Translations under genes and position numbers: made by a program
Source of the DNA: Stegostoma tigrinum
Taxonomy: Eukaryota
Direction of reading: 5' to 3'
Length of the DNA stretch: 51,677 nt
Assembly (NCBI RefSeq): GCF_030684315.1
Contig: NC_081387.1
Location: forward strand, 27,596,970 to 27,648,646
The notes under the pieces: generated by a model
Told to the model about the DNA's origin: nothing
Database searches by the model: none
What the model saw: only the letters and a program-made list of their open reading frames with translations
Shown: one piece after another, positions 34,298 to 46,408 of the stretch
How positions within the stretch are numbered: the first letter of the stretch is position 1
Layout: each line of letters opens with the position of its first letter

Positions 34298-36466
34298 CCT
34301 GTGGGATTGTTGCTGGCTCTTCAACACTTTGAAGTCTCCATTCAACGCAGCAACAAGGAAATGCTAATTAACTGATCGCAATCCACCGGCCTTCAATGAA
34401 ACCTTTACTATAGGGAGCAAGAGTCTGTTGGAATGGAGATTTTATTTGTAATACCAGAATAGATAATGTATTGCATTGTCCCAAAAGTAAAACGTTGAAA
34501 ACAGATTATAGGTTGAAGAAATGTTGAGACAGTTTATGGTTGTATAGCAGGGGGTGGTAATGAATGACAGACGGATGGAGGTTTTATGATGGAATACATT
34601 GTCAGATGGCTGGCCCAGTGACTGGGGATACAATACGTGATAACACATGGAGGAGAGACCAGCATTTACTGGCCATCCCTAATTGCCCCTCAAAATGAGT
34701 GGTAAGGCCAGCCACATTCACTGAGGAGCAGGAACCACAACTAGCCCAGTTTGTGCAAAGGTGACAGATTTTGTCACTGAAAGGGAGGCAGTTGGAACGT
34801 GATGACGATCTCCAATAAGATACACAGCCATGTTTAACCTTCCAGGTTTATGCACTGGGTTGAAGTTCCACCAGTTTGCATGGTGGGATATGCAGCTGTT
34901 GTGTAGGAGAGGTGGTCTGCGATGTGTGTTTGTGTGTGAGAAAGACAGACTGATCGTGGACAGGTAATTACCCCAGGAAGGGCTCCCTACCCCTGCGTAC
35001 AGGTCTCACCAATATATTTTGCCGGGCTACCATGTTTGACAAAGGGGCTGTTTTCTGGAAGCTGCCCCCAGCTGCTCTCAGCCACCACTCCCACCCATCA
35101 ACATCCTGCACACAAGACAGAGTCTGTGCTCCCCACCGGTGACAGTGCCGTGCTCCCTCCACACTCAGCAGGGACTTTCAGTGCTGCTTCTGAACTTTAC
35201 CCACTGCAGGCATGTTTGTCAGACAGTTACAGTTCTACTCCCCCCACTCTACACATCTCCCCGCTCACCAAACAAATCCCACCCCCCCAACCCCAAACTC
35301 AGTACCCCTTCTCCCCCTCCCCAATCTCAGTGATAACAGCGAGAATAACACATCAAATTGACAAAGAATTATGTAGTTTTAGGTATGTAGTTTTAATTCA
35401 GACATGAAGGATGTTTTTTACAATGGTTGGAACAGGGCAATGATGTCCTACCAGTTCTGCAAATGCTGCTGTTCGGCGTGTATACAGGTTCATTTCCAAA
35501 GCTGGTAACACTCAGCATGGCTGGCAACTTCCGGGGTTTAACCTTCCCTCCAAGCTCAGAGCACATTCGACTCAAACCATTCCCTGTCCTTCCTTCTGCA
35601 CCCGTGCTGTCTGAGCTACCTGGAGTTTATTTTGAAACGGCTGCACTTGCTGCTTTTATTGTCTCGTGACAGCACCCACAGTAGTTTGCCTGTAATCTGT
35701 TAGACGCAAGGCTGCAGGGGACTGTGTCCATAATGGCAGGCAGTGATCGATGGTTGATGAGACCACAGCCAATGTTCACCTTACAGTGCGCAGACTAATG
35801 TCATCTGTATCTAACCACGTGATGGCCCTATGGTTAGTCACTTTTGGGAGTGAACTGGTATTCCGCACCCCCCCCACCCTTATGTTAACAATAAGCTGCT
35901 TGTCTTTACCATTTACTCACAAGAATTCAGAGGTTTTCAGCCAGAGATAATGGGTGCCATTTATTTATCGAAGAGGAGGCACACGGGGACGCCATTCTTA
36001 CCCAGCAGACAACATACTGGAAAGCCGAAGTGTAGGCAGTAAATTGCAGATCAGGCTGCATGAGTGGAGAGAAACTGAGCTAATGTTCCAGGCTGACCAC
36101 CTCTCGTGTGTTTTTACACAGAACAGTGTTTCATCTCATGGCAGACACCTGACTCACAGTGAAATACGGTCAATATATTTTTCCCCACCCAGGAGGATCT
36201 CACCAGTGATACTGATTAACCCCCCAGGAAATGGAGCATTCCCTGCCCCTCAAACACTGTGCGCATTCTAGCTGGTCTTGCGTTTGGGCAGGTTGGCCAC
36301 AGAATGTGGCACTGCCTCACGACAGCACTGCTGTTAGCCTGGGTTTGAACCCTGAGATCCAGAAAAGAACATGCATTGGGCCCAACAGGAGACCCCCTAA
36401 CAACATCAGGAAACACCAAACCCATTGTGGAGCACTTTGTAAAGGGACACACCCCAAAGTTGGTTC

Positions 36467-36920
36467 TTAGAGATTCATGTAAGTCCTCAGATCTTTCTCC
36501 CAGGCTTTCTCCCTTGCCTGTCGCCTACGTTCCTCTCTCCTGCTGACTGTAGCAGCTCTCTGCACTCGGCTGTTTGGGGTCTTCAGCCGTTTCACAGCAT
36601 CAGGATCATTAGCATTAAAGTGGGTTACTTTCGGTTTCAAATCGCTCTGGAACCCGAGACCCTTCTGATCTCGCTTCAGCACGGTCTTCACTGGAAACTT
36701 CTGTCCCTTCCCAGTGGGCCCAAGCCCTGTTTCCCTGTCCCAACCTTCCTTCAACATCATTCTGAAGCCAACGTTGGTTTCTGGAATGAAGTAATAAGTT
36801 GGCACTGGCTTGTCTTTCTTGTTGAACAAATGTAACGTTGATCTCTCGTGCTGCTCAATACTGTCTTCCTCGTATCGCACTTCACAAATCTGGCAGTATT
36901 TCTTTTGCCGTGGCCTCTCC
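36467..36920 (-). CDS. GPANK1: GPANK1 last coding exon (zinc-finger-like C/H motif plus G-patch)
   Basis: YCQIC...H..STLH, NVGFRMMLKEGWDRETGLG...TVLKRDQKGLG, WEKDLRTYMNL-stop; acceptor ttccag| at 36921; 454 nt. Confidence 0.95.
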
Positions 36921-37139
36921 CTGGAAGTGTAGGGACAGTCCAACAGTATTTTAGAATTCAGCACGCTGGATAACGTCACCTTTTTCCCCACTATATCACT
37001 GCCAAAAAGACAGCCTCACCTGACAGCAGCACTGTTAACATTAAATGGGGTTACAGGGGGAGCCGGGAAGAGACAAACGTGTGGGGGGGGGGGGGGGGGG
37101 AAGGGAGAGACACAGGCTGGCAGAGGTAAAATAAAAAAT

Positions 37140-37530
37140 TACCCATCCCTAATTGCCCTCAGTAGGATAGTGGCCTTACTAAGCTGGTGCAGTCCATCCT
37201 CGCTGACTTTTCTGCAGAAACTGCACAACTCCTTCGACCATTTCAGAGGATAACTGAGAGTCCACCCCAATGGGTGCAGTTCGAGAGTGGGCCAGATCAA
37301 GCAGGGACTGCAGATTCTCTTCCTGAAAGGCCACGAGTGAATGAACCAGATGGGTTTTTAACAACAGCCAATAACCCCTTTTACTGACAGCAGGTTTTTA
37401 GTTCAGGGTGTATTAATTAATTAAATTTATTTTCCCTAATACCTATCAGCTACTGCAGCGGGATTTGAACTCATGTCCCTGAAGCATTACCCGGTGTTTG
37501 GGATTACAAATGGCCCATTCACTCTATCAC
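37140..37530 (-). mobile_element. Diverged Deu-type SINE
   Basis: CCCATCCCTAATTGCCC and GTGAATGAACCAGATGGGTTTT segments. Confidence 0.55.
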
Positions 37531-37869
37531 ACATCCTGGGCAAGACCTTTTAAGCTCCTACACTTCAATGGGCCTATACTTGGAGGGATAGTGGCTGCCA
37601 TTTCCTGCCTGGAGTCATGTTCATCGGTATGGAAACAGGACTCTGCTTGTCACTGCAAACCAGGAATATATTTTATCCAGCCTAAGGGACACCTGCAGCC
37701 AGAAAATTAAAGTCAAATTATGCTTCAGTGATCCTTTTCAATGGAAGTTCATTCATGCATTGCTGCCTCAGTGAGACTTCACCCTCAGTGGTGATTCTAA
37801 GTTCCCACCACATGTTTGGTCTGGCAATAGGACTGAAGGCTGGTACTCCAGAACTTACCACACTCTTCC

Positions 37870-38530
37870 TGTATACCTACAACACTGTGTTGACCTGACA
37901 ATGGGGGAAAACTGCCCAGGTAATCCAACCTGGCCATTCACTGCCCCAGTCTACTCTCAGTCATCAGTAACGTGATGGAAGGTGTCATCAAAAACACTAT
38001 TTCAGCAATAACCTGCTCGTGACACCCAGTGCGGGTTCCGCCGAGGCCACCCAGCTCCTGATCCCATTACAGCCTTTCATCAAACAGAGGTGAGGTGACA
38101 GTGACAGCATTTGACATCAAGGCTGCCTTCCACCAAGTGTAGCATCATGGAGCCCGAGCAAGACAGGAATCAATGGGTATCGGGGGCAAACTCTCCAGTG
38201 GTCGGAATCACACCCGACACTTAGGAAGGTGGTCGTGGTTGTGGGAGGACAGTCATCTCAGCTCCAGGACATCTCTGCAGGAGGTCCTTGGGGTAGTGAC
38301 CCAGGGCCAGCCACCTTCAGCTGCTTCATCAATGCTTCTATTAAGATCTTTCGGGAAGGGAACCTGCTGTGAACACCCTGTCTGGCCTGCAGGTGACTCC
38401 AGTTCACAGCGACATGGTCGACTCTTAAACTGCCAAATGCAGCAAGTATCCAGGTCTGGGCTGACAAGTAGCAATCACGCCACACAAGCGCCAGGCAATG
38501 GCTATCTCCAATAAGAGACACAATCTAACC
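37870..38530 (+). mobile_element. Decayed LINE RT fragment
   Basis: AFDIKAAF and LESMGIGGKL-like segments with many frameshifts. Confidence 0.6.
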
Positions 38531-38924
38531 AACAACAGTGGGAATGTTACACAGAACGAGTGGCAACATCAGGAGTTGAACCAGGTCAGCAGTTGGGAGA
38601 TTGCGGGGCAAGGGAAAAGGAAGATGTTACATCCAAATGTTGGGATATCACAGAAGCTGGCTTGCATCCCAGCACGAAGGGCTAACAAGATCAAAGAAGT
38701 GACATGGCACAGGATCAGGCCATTCTACCCTATATTGCTTGCATTGGCTGTACTCCCCAGTGCCCAATCTCCTGCCTTTTCCGCTGTGCACCATTTCCAA
38801 ACAAACACCCATCCAATGCCCCTCTGGGAATATCGCAATGAAACCTGCCTCCCCCAACATTTCCAGGCAGTCCACACGCTCACTACCAGCCTGGAGATAG
38901 GAGTCTTTACCCCAGCCTTCTCAC

Positions 38925-39505
38925 CTTGGTTCCTGCAGTTCCTCCCGGCGAGTATGAAATTCTTCAAACATTGTGATGATTTCAACATGCCCAGCTTGTC
39001 TGGCCAAATCCAAAGCATCTCGCCCCGTGGAATCGCACACTCCAATCCATGCAGCCCCACGGTTCAGTAAGTACTTCACCACCTCTGCCTGCCCGCTGTA
39101 CGCCGCACACATTGTGGCAGTCCAGTAATAACTGTCCCGGAAATTTATATCACACATTGCAGTCTCCAGTAACCTGCGAAGCCTTTTCAGGTCCCCATCC
39201 TGAGCACATTTTAGCAGGAGGTGTCCATTCCTCTCCGTTGCTGCAGCAGGCAGACTCCTTGGAGTTTGCTCCCTGTTGGTCCTTTCAGTCTTTGACGTCT
39301 GCCAAACAACTTTACGTTTCCGAATGGAACTCGTACCTGCCTCACCATCTGATGTGAGAAGGCTCTCATAAAACTTTTTCACCTCATCTCCAGTCAGGAC
39401 TTCAATCCCGGGGCCAGGCGATGGAGGTTTCTGACGCTCTCCATTTTCCCAGGTGTCTGTTTCATCTTTGGCTCGGGTAAAAGTGATGAGGTTCATGTGA
39501 TCCAT
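38925..39505 (-). CDS. GPANK1: GPANK1 first coding exon (ankyrin repeats)
   Basis: LITFTRA...FYESL...AQDGDL...INFRDSYYWTATMCAA...GAAWIGVC; donor AG|gtgag, phase 2 matches next exon; 581 nt; total 344 aa; 5' UTR acceptor at 39591. Confidence 0.95.
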
Positions 39506-39779
39506 GATGAAGAATGTTCTTTGCCTGCACTTCTGATTACTTAGGGCTCACTTTGCTACTGGCAATGGGCACTTCACATCCCAGAGACAACTGTGTGCAA
39601 AAGCAAAAGCAGAATTTGCAATAACTGTCATTTTTTTCAGAGTTGCAATTGAATAAATACAAAAACCAATCTGATAGAGTAGCTACAGACATAAGACTAA
39701 TATCAAATTGAGAAGAGAAATGAGGAATATTACAAGACTAACATAGGAAGATTAGTACGATATAGTGACAACAGCATAT

Positions 39780-40340
39780 TAACAGTGTTATAGAGTCACA
39801 CAGCATGGTAACATATCCTTTACTCCAACCAGCGTAAACTAAACTAGTCCCATTGCCTGCACTTGACTCATATCCATCCAAACATTTCTTATTCATGTAC
39901 CTATCCAAACGCTGTAACTGTATCGCATCCACCACTTCCTCTGGAAGTTCATTCCACACATGAACCACACTCGGTGTTTAAAAAAAAATGCCCCTATTAT
40001 CCTTTTTAAATTGTTCTCCTCTCATCTGAAAAAGATGCCCCCTAGACTCGCAATCCCCCACCCAAGGGAAATGACTCCTGCCATTCACTGTATCTGTACT
40101 CCTCATCATTTTAAAAACCTCTGTAAAGTCAACGCTCAACCTCCTACAACACCAATAAAAAAAGACAACCCCGCCAATCCAGCCTCTCCTTACAACTCAA
40201 ATCCTCCATTCCTGGCAACATCCTGGTAAATTTTTTCTGACCCCTCTCCAGTTTAATAATATCCTTCCTATATCAGGGCGACCGGAACCGCATACAGTGC
40301 TCCAGGAGAGGCCTCACCAACATCCGACAACCTCATCGCA
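39780..40340 (-). mobile_element. Decayed CR1 3' fragment
   Basis: VRPLLEH..RFRSP-like segment and CR1 3' UTR. Confidence 0.7.
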
Positions 40341-40369
40341 ACTTCAAAACTCAAACGTCTGATACAGAA

Positions 40370-41570
40370 GGTAAAGGTAAAGTTGCACAGGGTCAGAGGT
40401 GAGATTGCAAGAAGATGGAAAAAACTGGCTCAGTCATAGAAGACAGAGGGTAACAGTGGAAGGGTGTGTTTCTGAATGGAGGGCTGTGGCATTTAGAAAT
40501 ATACAATAGGTGTGTTTAAGAGACTTTTAGATCAGCACATGAATAGTGGCATTCCTCAGGGATCAGCGTTGGGACCTTCACTGATGGTAATATACATAAA
40601 TGATTTGGAGGAGAAAGTAACTGGACTGATCAGTAAGTTTGCTGATGACACAAAGGTTGGTGGAATGCAGGTAGTGATGAGGACCGTCAAAAGGAAACAG
40701 CAGGATATAGATTGCTTGGTGTCTTGGGCAGAGAGATGGCAGATGCAGTTTAATCTGGAAAAACGCGAGGTAATGCATTTTGGAAGGTCTGATTCAGTTG
40801 GAAATTATAACGTAAATGGCAAGAACCCTTAAGAGTACCGATAGCAGAGGGATCTGGGTGTACAGGTACACAGGTCACCGAAAGGGCAACACAGGTGGAA
40901 AAAGTAGTCAACAAGGCATACGGCATGCTTCCCTTCATTGGCCAGGGCACTGGGTTTTAAAAGGGGGGGGGGGGGGGTAATGTTGCAGCTTTAAAGAACC
41001 TTTGATCAGCCGCATTTGGAATATTGTGTTCAATTCTGGTCAGCACACTACCAGAAGGATGTGGTGGCTTTGGAGAGGATACAGGAAATATTTACCAGAA
41101 TTTTGCCTGGTATGGAGGGCATTAGCTATTAGGAGGGGTTGGAGAAACGTGGGTTGTTCTCACTGGAACGACAAAGGTTGAGGGGTGACCGGATAGAGGT
41201 CTACAGGATTATGAAGGGCATGGACAGAATGGTCAGTCAGAAGCTTTTTCCCCAGGATGGAAGAGTCAGTTACCAGGGGCCATGGGTTTAAGGTACGAGG
41301 GGATAGGTTTAAAGGTGATGTATGAAGCAAGTTTGTTTTTTTTTTACACAGGAGGGTGGTGGGTGCCTGGAAGGCGCTGCTGGGGGTGGTACTGGAAGCT
41401 GATACTGTAGTGACTTTTAAAGGACGCCTTGACAATTACATGAATAGGATGGGAATAGAGGAATAGGGTCTCCGGACGTGTAGGGGGTTTTAGTTGTGAT
41501 GGGCAGCAGGTCGGTGCAGGCTTGGAGGGCCGAAGGGCCTGTTCCTCTGCTGTAATTTTCTTTGTTCTTT
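40370..41570 (+). mobile_element. Decayed CR1 RT-to-3' fragment
   Basis: SGIPQGSALGP, SKFADDTKVGG, WAERWQMQFN motifs, frameshifted. Confidence 0.9.
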
Positions 41571-41799
41571 GTGTCAGCAAGGAAGGCAGGTGTACAATTA
41601 CCTTCTTAACCACCCTGTCTGCATGTGACGCAAAACCTCACAGAATTATGTCGCTGAATCCCTAGGTGTCCTTGTTGTCCAACACCATCCAATGCCTAAC
41701 TTTTAATTGTACAGGTCTTACCCTTGTTTGTTTCACTAAAATGTAATCTCACATTCACCCAAATTAAATTCCATCTGATACTCCCTCACCCGCATCCCA

Positions 41800-42655
41800 G
41801 GCATGAAGAACCGCAGGAGATGCTACACTTGTCCCCACACCTCCTCCCTCACCCCCATCCCAGGCCCCAAGATGACATTCCACATTAAGCAGAGGTTCAC
41901 CTGCACATCTGCCAATGTGGTATACTGTATCGACTGTACCCGGTGTGGCTTCCTCTACATTGGGGAAACCAAGCGGAGGCTTGGGGACCGCTTTGCAGAA
42001 CACCTCCGCTCAGTTCGCAACAAACAACTGCACCTCCCAGTCGCAAACCATTTCCACTCCCCCTCCCATTCTTTAGATGACATGTCCATCATGGGCCTCC
42101 TGCACTGCCACAATGATGCCACCCGAAGGTTGCAGGAACAGCAACTCATATTCCGCTTGGGAACCCTGCAGCCATATGGTATCAATGTGGACTTCACCAG
42201 TTTCAAAATCTCCCCTTCCCCCACCGCATCCCTAAACCAGCCCAGTTCATCCCCTCCCCCCACTGCACCACACAACCAGCCCAGCTCTTCCCCCCCACCC
42301 ACTGCATCCCAAAACCAGTCCAGCCTGTCTCTGCCTCCCTAACCTGTTCTTCCTCTCACCCATCCCTTCCTCCCACCCCAAGCCGCACCCCCAGCTACCT
42401 ACTAACCCCATCCCACCTCCTTGACCTGTCCGTCTTCCCTGACTGACCTATCCCCTCCCTACCTCCCCACCTATACTCTCTCCACCTATCTTCTTTACTC
42501 TCCATCTTCGGTCCGCCTCCCCCTCTCTCCCTATTTATTCCAGTTCCCTCCCCCCATCCCTCTCTCTGATGAAGGGTCTAGGCCCGAAACGTCAGCTTTT
42601 GTGCTCCTGAGATGCTGCTGGGCCTGCTGTGTCCATCCAGCCCCACACTTTGCTA
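41800..42655 (+). mobile_element. Penelope-like element 3' fragment with GIY-YIG endonuclease ORF and terminal repeat
   Basis: CYTC...FTCTSANVVYCIDCTRCGFLYIGETKRRLGDRFAEH...PVANHF...EQQLIFRLGTLQPYGIN. Confidence 0.92.
42564..42595 (+). ncRNA. Minimal type-I hammerhead ribozyme-like motif in Penelope terminal repeat
   Basis: CT-CTGATGA-AGGGTCTAGGCCC-GAAAC-GTC-AG: both conserved cores, GGG/CCC helix II, GUC cleavage triplet. Confidence 0.7.
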
Positions 42656-42679
42656 CCTCATTGCTGAAGGATTAATTAG

Positions 42680-43150
42680 CAATCGCGGGCAGACCTCGTC
42701 CCCGCCCGCTGTGCCTCCGACACTGGGAACCTTTACACATCTACCACCGCGACATCGCTAACACCAGGAGGCCTTACCGCGCCGCCGCGGTGCACCCCGG
42801 GAGGACGTGGGCGGCCGCTGTGCGCGCCGGGAGTTGTAGTCTTCGCTCCTTGCGTCCCTCTACTCCCCACCCCCACCACCACCCCCCCCCCCCCCCACCC
42901 CCTACACCACCCCCACCCCCTACCGAACTGGGTGAGGATCAGGGTCAAACCGCAGGGACCTTGTGGCCCGGATTTCTTTTTGGGGGGGGGGGGGAGAGAA
43001 AAACGAACCCCGCCCCCCCTCGGCTGGCCGGGGGATTCCGGTTCCGGGTGAGGAGACGGGCCCCGGATGTTGTTGCTATGGCGGCGGTGGAAGGCGGAGG
43101 AGCGGCTGAGGTAGGGACGGGACCGAAACCCCCCCTCACCCCCCGGGGGG
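42680..43150. promoter_or_regulatory. CpG-island bidirectional promoter GPANK1(-)/VPS52(+)
   Basis: CpG-dense; minus-strand donor G|gtaagg at 42777 (GPANK1 non-coding exon 1); ACTACAACTCCC motif 42829-42840 (minus); TTCCGGTTCCGG 43036-43047. Confidence 0.75.
43078..43110 (+). CDS. VPS52: VPS52 exon 1 (MAAVEGGGAAE)
   Basis: GCTATGG Kozak context in CpG island; donor GAG|gtaggg, phase 0 matching exon 2. Confidence 0.7.
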
Positions 43151-43153
43151 TGG

Positions 43154-44150
43154 GACCTTGTCTATTCACCCTATCCAAGCCCCTCATGATGTTATAAACC
43201 TCTATAAGGTCCCTCCTCAGCCTCTGACGCTCCAGGGAAAATAGCCCCAGCCTATTCAGCCTCTCTCCCTGTAGCTCAAACCCTCCAACCCCAGCAACAT
43301 CCTTGTAAATCTTTCCTGAACCCTTCCAAGTTTCACACCATCCTTCCTGTAGCAGGGAGACCGGAACTGAGAGCTGTATCCCAAAAGTGGCCCAAACCAA
43401 TGTCCTGCCCAGCCCCAACATGACCCTCCCAACTCCCTGTACTCAACGCACTGACCAATAAAGGCTAATGTACCGAACACCTTCACCATCCTGTCTCCCT
43501 GTGAGTCCACTTTCAAGGAACTGTGATCCTGCACCGCCCCCCCCTCAACAAGGTCTCTGTTCAGCAACAGTCCCCAGGACCTTACCATGAAGGAGTATTA
43601 GTCCTGCCATGATTTGCCTTTCCAAGATGCAGCACCTCACATTTATCTAAATTAAACTCCATCTACTTGGCTGATCTGAATGAGATCCCCTTATACTCAG
43701 GTAACTTTCTTCACTGTCTACTACACCTCCAATTTTGGTGTCATCTGCAAACTTACTAATCATACCTCCAATTTCATATCTAAATCATTTCTATAAATGA
43801 CAAAAAGCAGCGGACCCTGCACCGATGCTCGTGGCACACCACTGGCTTCCAGCCTCTAATTTTTTTTAAAAAAAACCCTACTGCCAACCCCTTCTGCCTT
43901 CAAACCAATTTTATATCCAATTGGTTAGCTGCCCCCTAGATCCCATGTGATCTAATCATGCTAACCAGCCTACCATGTGGAATCTTGCCAGATGCCGCAC
44001 TGAAATCCATTTGGACAATATTCACCGCACTGCCTTCGTCAGTTTTCTTTGTCACGTTTTCAAACAACTCAGTTAAGTTATTGAGACATGATTTCCCACC
44101 TGCAGAGCCATGTTGATTATCCCCAATCAGTCCTTACCTTTCCAAATGTG
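43154..44150 (-). mobile_element. CR1 fragment; 43154-43825 nearly identical to 12117-12789
   Basis: Direct sequence comparison; LEYS/LGYS.QFRSPCYRKD motif. Confidence 0.88.
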
Positions 44151-45274
44151 TAGGAGGAGGGAGGGGAGGATTCACAGATAGACAGGGCAGTGAAGGTGGT
44201 GTTCAGTACGCTTTAGCCTTTATTAGTGAGTGCATTGAGTAGAGGAGTTGGGAGGGTCATGTTGGGGCCATACAGAACATTGGTCAGAGCCACTTTTGGA
44301 ATACAGCGTGTTGAAGCCTCTGAAGTGTGACTTGAATCTGTGAAGGACCTTGAGTTGCTGTCTTTCAGACTTGAGGCTGAAGCAATGATTTCTTGGCTTG
44401 TGCAGCTGAAGCGAAAACTTGCCATGTTATTTTGTTTAAAAGGAGAGAAGGGGCAGTGAATTGTCCACTGTTCATCCCTCAATCAGCAGCAGCAGTCAAC
44501 AAAATAATTGGACCTTATTTAATTAATTTCTTAGAGCTGGTTCACTCAATTGATTCCAGAGATGAGGGGTTTGCCTTTTGAAGAGAGGCAGAGCAGTTTA
44601 GGCTTACGCTGTCTGGAGTGTAGAAGAAAGAGAGGATATCTAATTGAGGGATAGAAGATGCTAATGGGGATTGAGAAAGTAGACATAGAGAGGATGTTTC
44701 CCCTTGAGGGGCAGTCTGGAAGGAGAGGTCATAGATTGGCCATGCTAAGTTGCCCATAGTGTCTAGGGTAAGGGGTGGGTCTAGGTAGTATACTCTTCAG
44801 AGGGTCACTGTGGACTTGATGGACCAGATGGCCTGCTTCCACACTGTAGGGATTCTATGATTTTCGGATAAGGGATGGCAGATTTAAAACAGAGATGAGG
44901 AGAAGTTACTTCTCTCAAAGAGCTGTGAACCTGTAGAATTCACTGCCTCAACGGATGTTGAGACACTGGGTCAACTTTTACTCGCTCACAGGATGAGGGT
45001 GTTGCTGGCTACACCTGCGTTTACTGCCCGTCCCTAATTGCCCTGAGGGAAGTTAAAAGTCCACCCAACATTGAAGTGATTGATTTTTAAATTAGTGGAA
45101 GGGTTGAAGGATTATGGGCAGGAGAGGAGTTGAGGCTGAGATAAGATCAGGCAGATTGGCATCAAATGGTGGAACAGGCTCAATGGGCTGGATTCCAGCT
45201 CCTGATTCTGATGTGGGTTTTTTTATGGGGGCTTGCTGTGCAGAAACTGGTTGCCATCTTGAAATTTTTAGTTT

Positions 45275-45625
45275 ATTCATTCACGGGATGAGGGCGTCGG
45301 TGGCCAGGCAGCATTTACTGTCCTTCCCCAGTTGCCCCAGAGGGCAGGTAAGAGTCAACCACATTACTGTGGGTCTGGAGTCACATGTAGGCCAGCCCAG
45401 GTAAGGACAGCAGTTTCCTTCTCTAAAGGACATTAGTGAACCAGATGGGTTTATCCTGACAGCAATGGATTCATGATCATCATTAAATTCTTAATTCCGG
45501 ATATTTTTATTGAATTCAAATTCCGCCATCTGCCATGGGCGGGATTCGAACCCAGGTCCCTAGAACATTATCTGCGTCTCTGGATTAATAGTCCAATGAT
45601 AATACCACTAGGCCATTGCCTCCCA
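45275..45625 (-). mobile_element. Deu-type SINE, near full length
   Basis: Core as above; GGTTCGAATCCC B-box on the minus strand near 45541-45552. Confidence 0.72.
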
Positions 45626-46320
45626 CATAATTACTGACCTTTGAAATTCCACGTTGTGGAAGTATTGTGGGATATAAAAGCAGTTTTGTACTTTTTAGGC
45701 CCGAAATGTCAGCTTTCCTGCTCCTAAGATGCTGCTTGGCCTGCTGTGTTCATCCAGCTACACACTTTGTTATCTCGGATTCTCCAGCATCTGCAGTTCC
45801 CATTATCTCTTGTGCTTTTATTCTGTTCACAGCCACGAATTGGACTGTAGCCGCCCATATTCATGAGAACAAAAGAGAACAGGAGCGGAATGGACTCTTC
45901 AGCCCATCGAACCTACCTCATTGTTCAGTATGACCATGCTAAGTGTTGCGATTCAGCTCCAGTCTCCTGCACCCACCCCGTTTCCCTGGGCTCCCAGAGA
46001 GAGCTAAGTTCCGTCTGCCCCACGTTTAAAACTATTGTGCAGTGGACCATCCACCACCTTCCAGGGTAGGGAATTCCAAACCTTCATAGAACCCTTTGAG
46101 TAAAGGTCCCAGTACTTGAACAATGGGCCTTTTGTATATGCTTTCCCTCTGTTCTGGGCTAGACACTTAGAGCTGCAGTTTGTGTAATTGTTCTCTTCCC
46201 ATCTTTGCTGTCTGTCTCTCTGCCACTCTTGTGCTCTCTCTTACTTTCTCAGTTGAGGTTAGATGAATTCTCACGGCACCAAGTAAATTCCACTGTCTCG
46301 TTGCCTATCCCCCTGTGCAG

Positions 46321-46408
46321 GTGAAAGGTGACCAGGATGAGGTGCCTGAGCTGAATCTGGGTGAACTGGACATAACATCTGATGAGTTTATTCTGGACGA
46401 AGTGGACA
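46321..46408 (+). CDS. VPS52: VPS52 exon 2 (…LNLGELDITSDEFILDEVD)
   Basis: Matches recalled human LQLGELDITSDEFILDEVD; tgcag| and A|gtgag junctions; 88 nt. Confidence 0.95.

Larger units (their letters stand above)
32012..34500 (+). mobile_element. Decayed Ty3/Gypsy RNase H remnant split by nested insertions
   Basis: Pieces read KMVVDVCDLGVAAILLQ, VSYFSKKLDQDQ (to 32120), NQKEYSIVE (34060), GLLLALQHFEV (about 34304-34336), TDRNP. Confidence 0.6.

Noticed and set aside
36921-36991. N-terminal part of the 174-aa ORF as GPANK1 coding sequence
   Set aside because: Intron sequence upstream of the acceptor at 36921; no similarity to GPANK1
46253-46320. Upstream acceptor extending VPS52 exon 2
   Set aside because: Adds 68 nt and shifts frame; a separate 30-nt exon would leave only a 38-nt intron
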